A stretch of DNA of 44,111 bases from Candidatus Shapirobacteria bacterium (GTDB lineage: Bacteria > Patescibacteriota > Microgenomatia > PFEM01 > JBDRBL01), in the NCBI GenBank assembly GCA_043822685.1, contig JBDRBL010000002.1, positions 1 to 44,111 on the forward strand. The letters run 5' to 3'. Position 1 is the stretch's first letter, and every line of letters begins with the position of its first letter. Made by a program: the position numbers and the translations under genes. This document shows positions 44,041-44,111 of the stretch, one piece after another. The notes beneath the pieces were generated by a model. It made no database searches, was not told where the DNA came from, and was given only the letters and a program-made list of their open reading frames with translations.

Positions 44041-44111
44041 AATTCGCCTGATAAATTTCTCCATGATTGCCAATATCCACCAGCAAAATTCCTCCCTCAA
44101 TATAAACAAAA
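44039..44111 (-). CDS. 3' end of a YafQ/RelE-superfamily toxin (partial)
   Basis: FVYIEGGILLVDIGNHGEIYQAN* resembles the L.DIG.H..IY terminus. Confidence 0.6.
   Translation of the reverse strand, partial: FVYIEGGILLVDIGNHGEIYQAN

Overview
This is a 44-kb core-genome window from a CPR/Patescibacteria bacterium, most likely Microgenomates-like. That assignment is inferred from the gene set, the shortened proteins and promoters that look leaderless. Most of it is housekeeping: yebC, rluA, dksA, dnaB, hisS, rpmE, prfA, htrA, ctpA, rpsF-ssb-rpsR, ychF, ruvCAB, cysS, recR-ybaB-dnaX, rpsU, proS, rseP-frr-tsf-rpsB, folD, glyA, thyX, dcd and topA, plus several toxin-antitoxin loci and deletion scars. 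The standout is a 2,467-bp element (4934-7400) inserted at the 3' end of tRNA-Leu(CAA) with an 8-bp direct repeat, GCACAAAA. It encodes only a large serine recombinase, a C-protein-like XRE regulator with tandem C-boxes, and a 40-aa repeat peptide missing from the ORF track. It also carries a complete second copy of its own 214-bp attP-like junction internally and in inverted orientation (6489-6702). The element is therefore two abutting perfect inverted-repeat pairs (90 bp and 132 bp) sharing one core. The predicted excised circle has two unique loops separated by inverted attP copies, a 2-micron-like or ssDNA-dumbbell layout. The recombinase C-terminus runs through the core, so it changes with the recombination state. 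Other oddities are two A-C mismatches in the target tRNA, an A9 frameshift in prfA, in-frame deletions in dcd, ychF and ybeY, an in-frame palindromic insert in proS, and orphan gene fragments. All calls come from reading the sequence; no database search was run.
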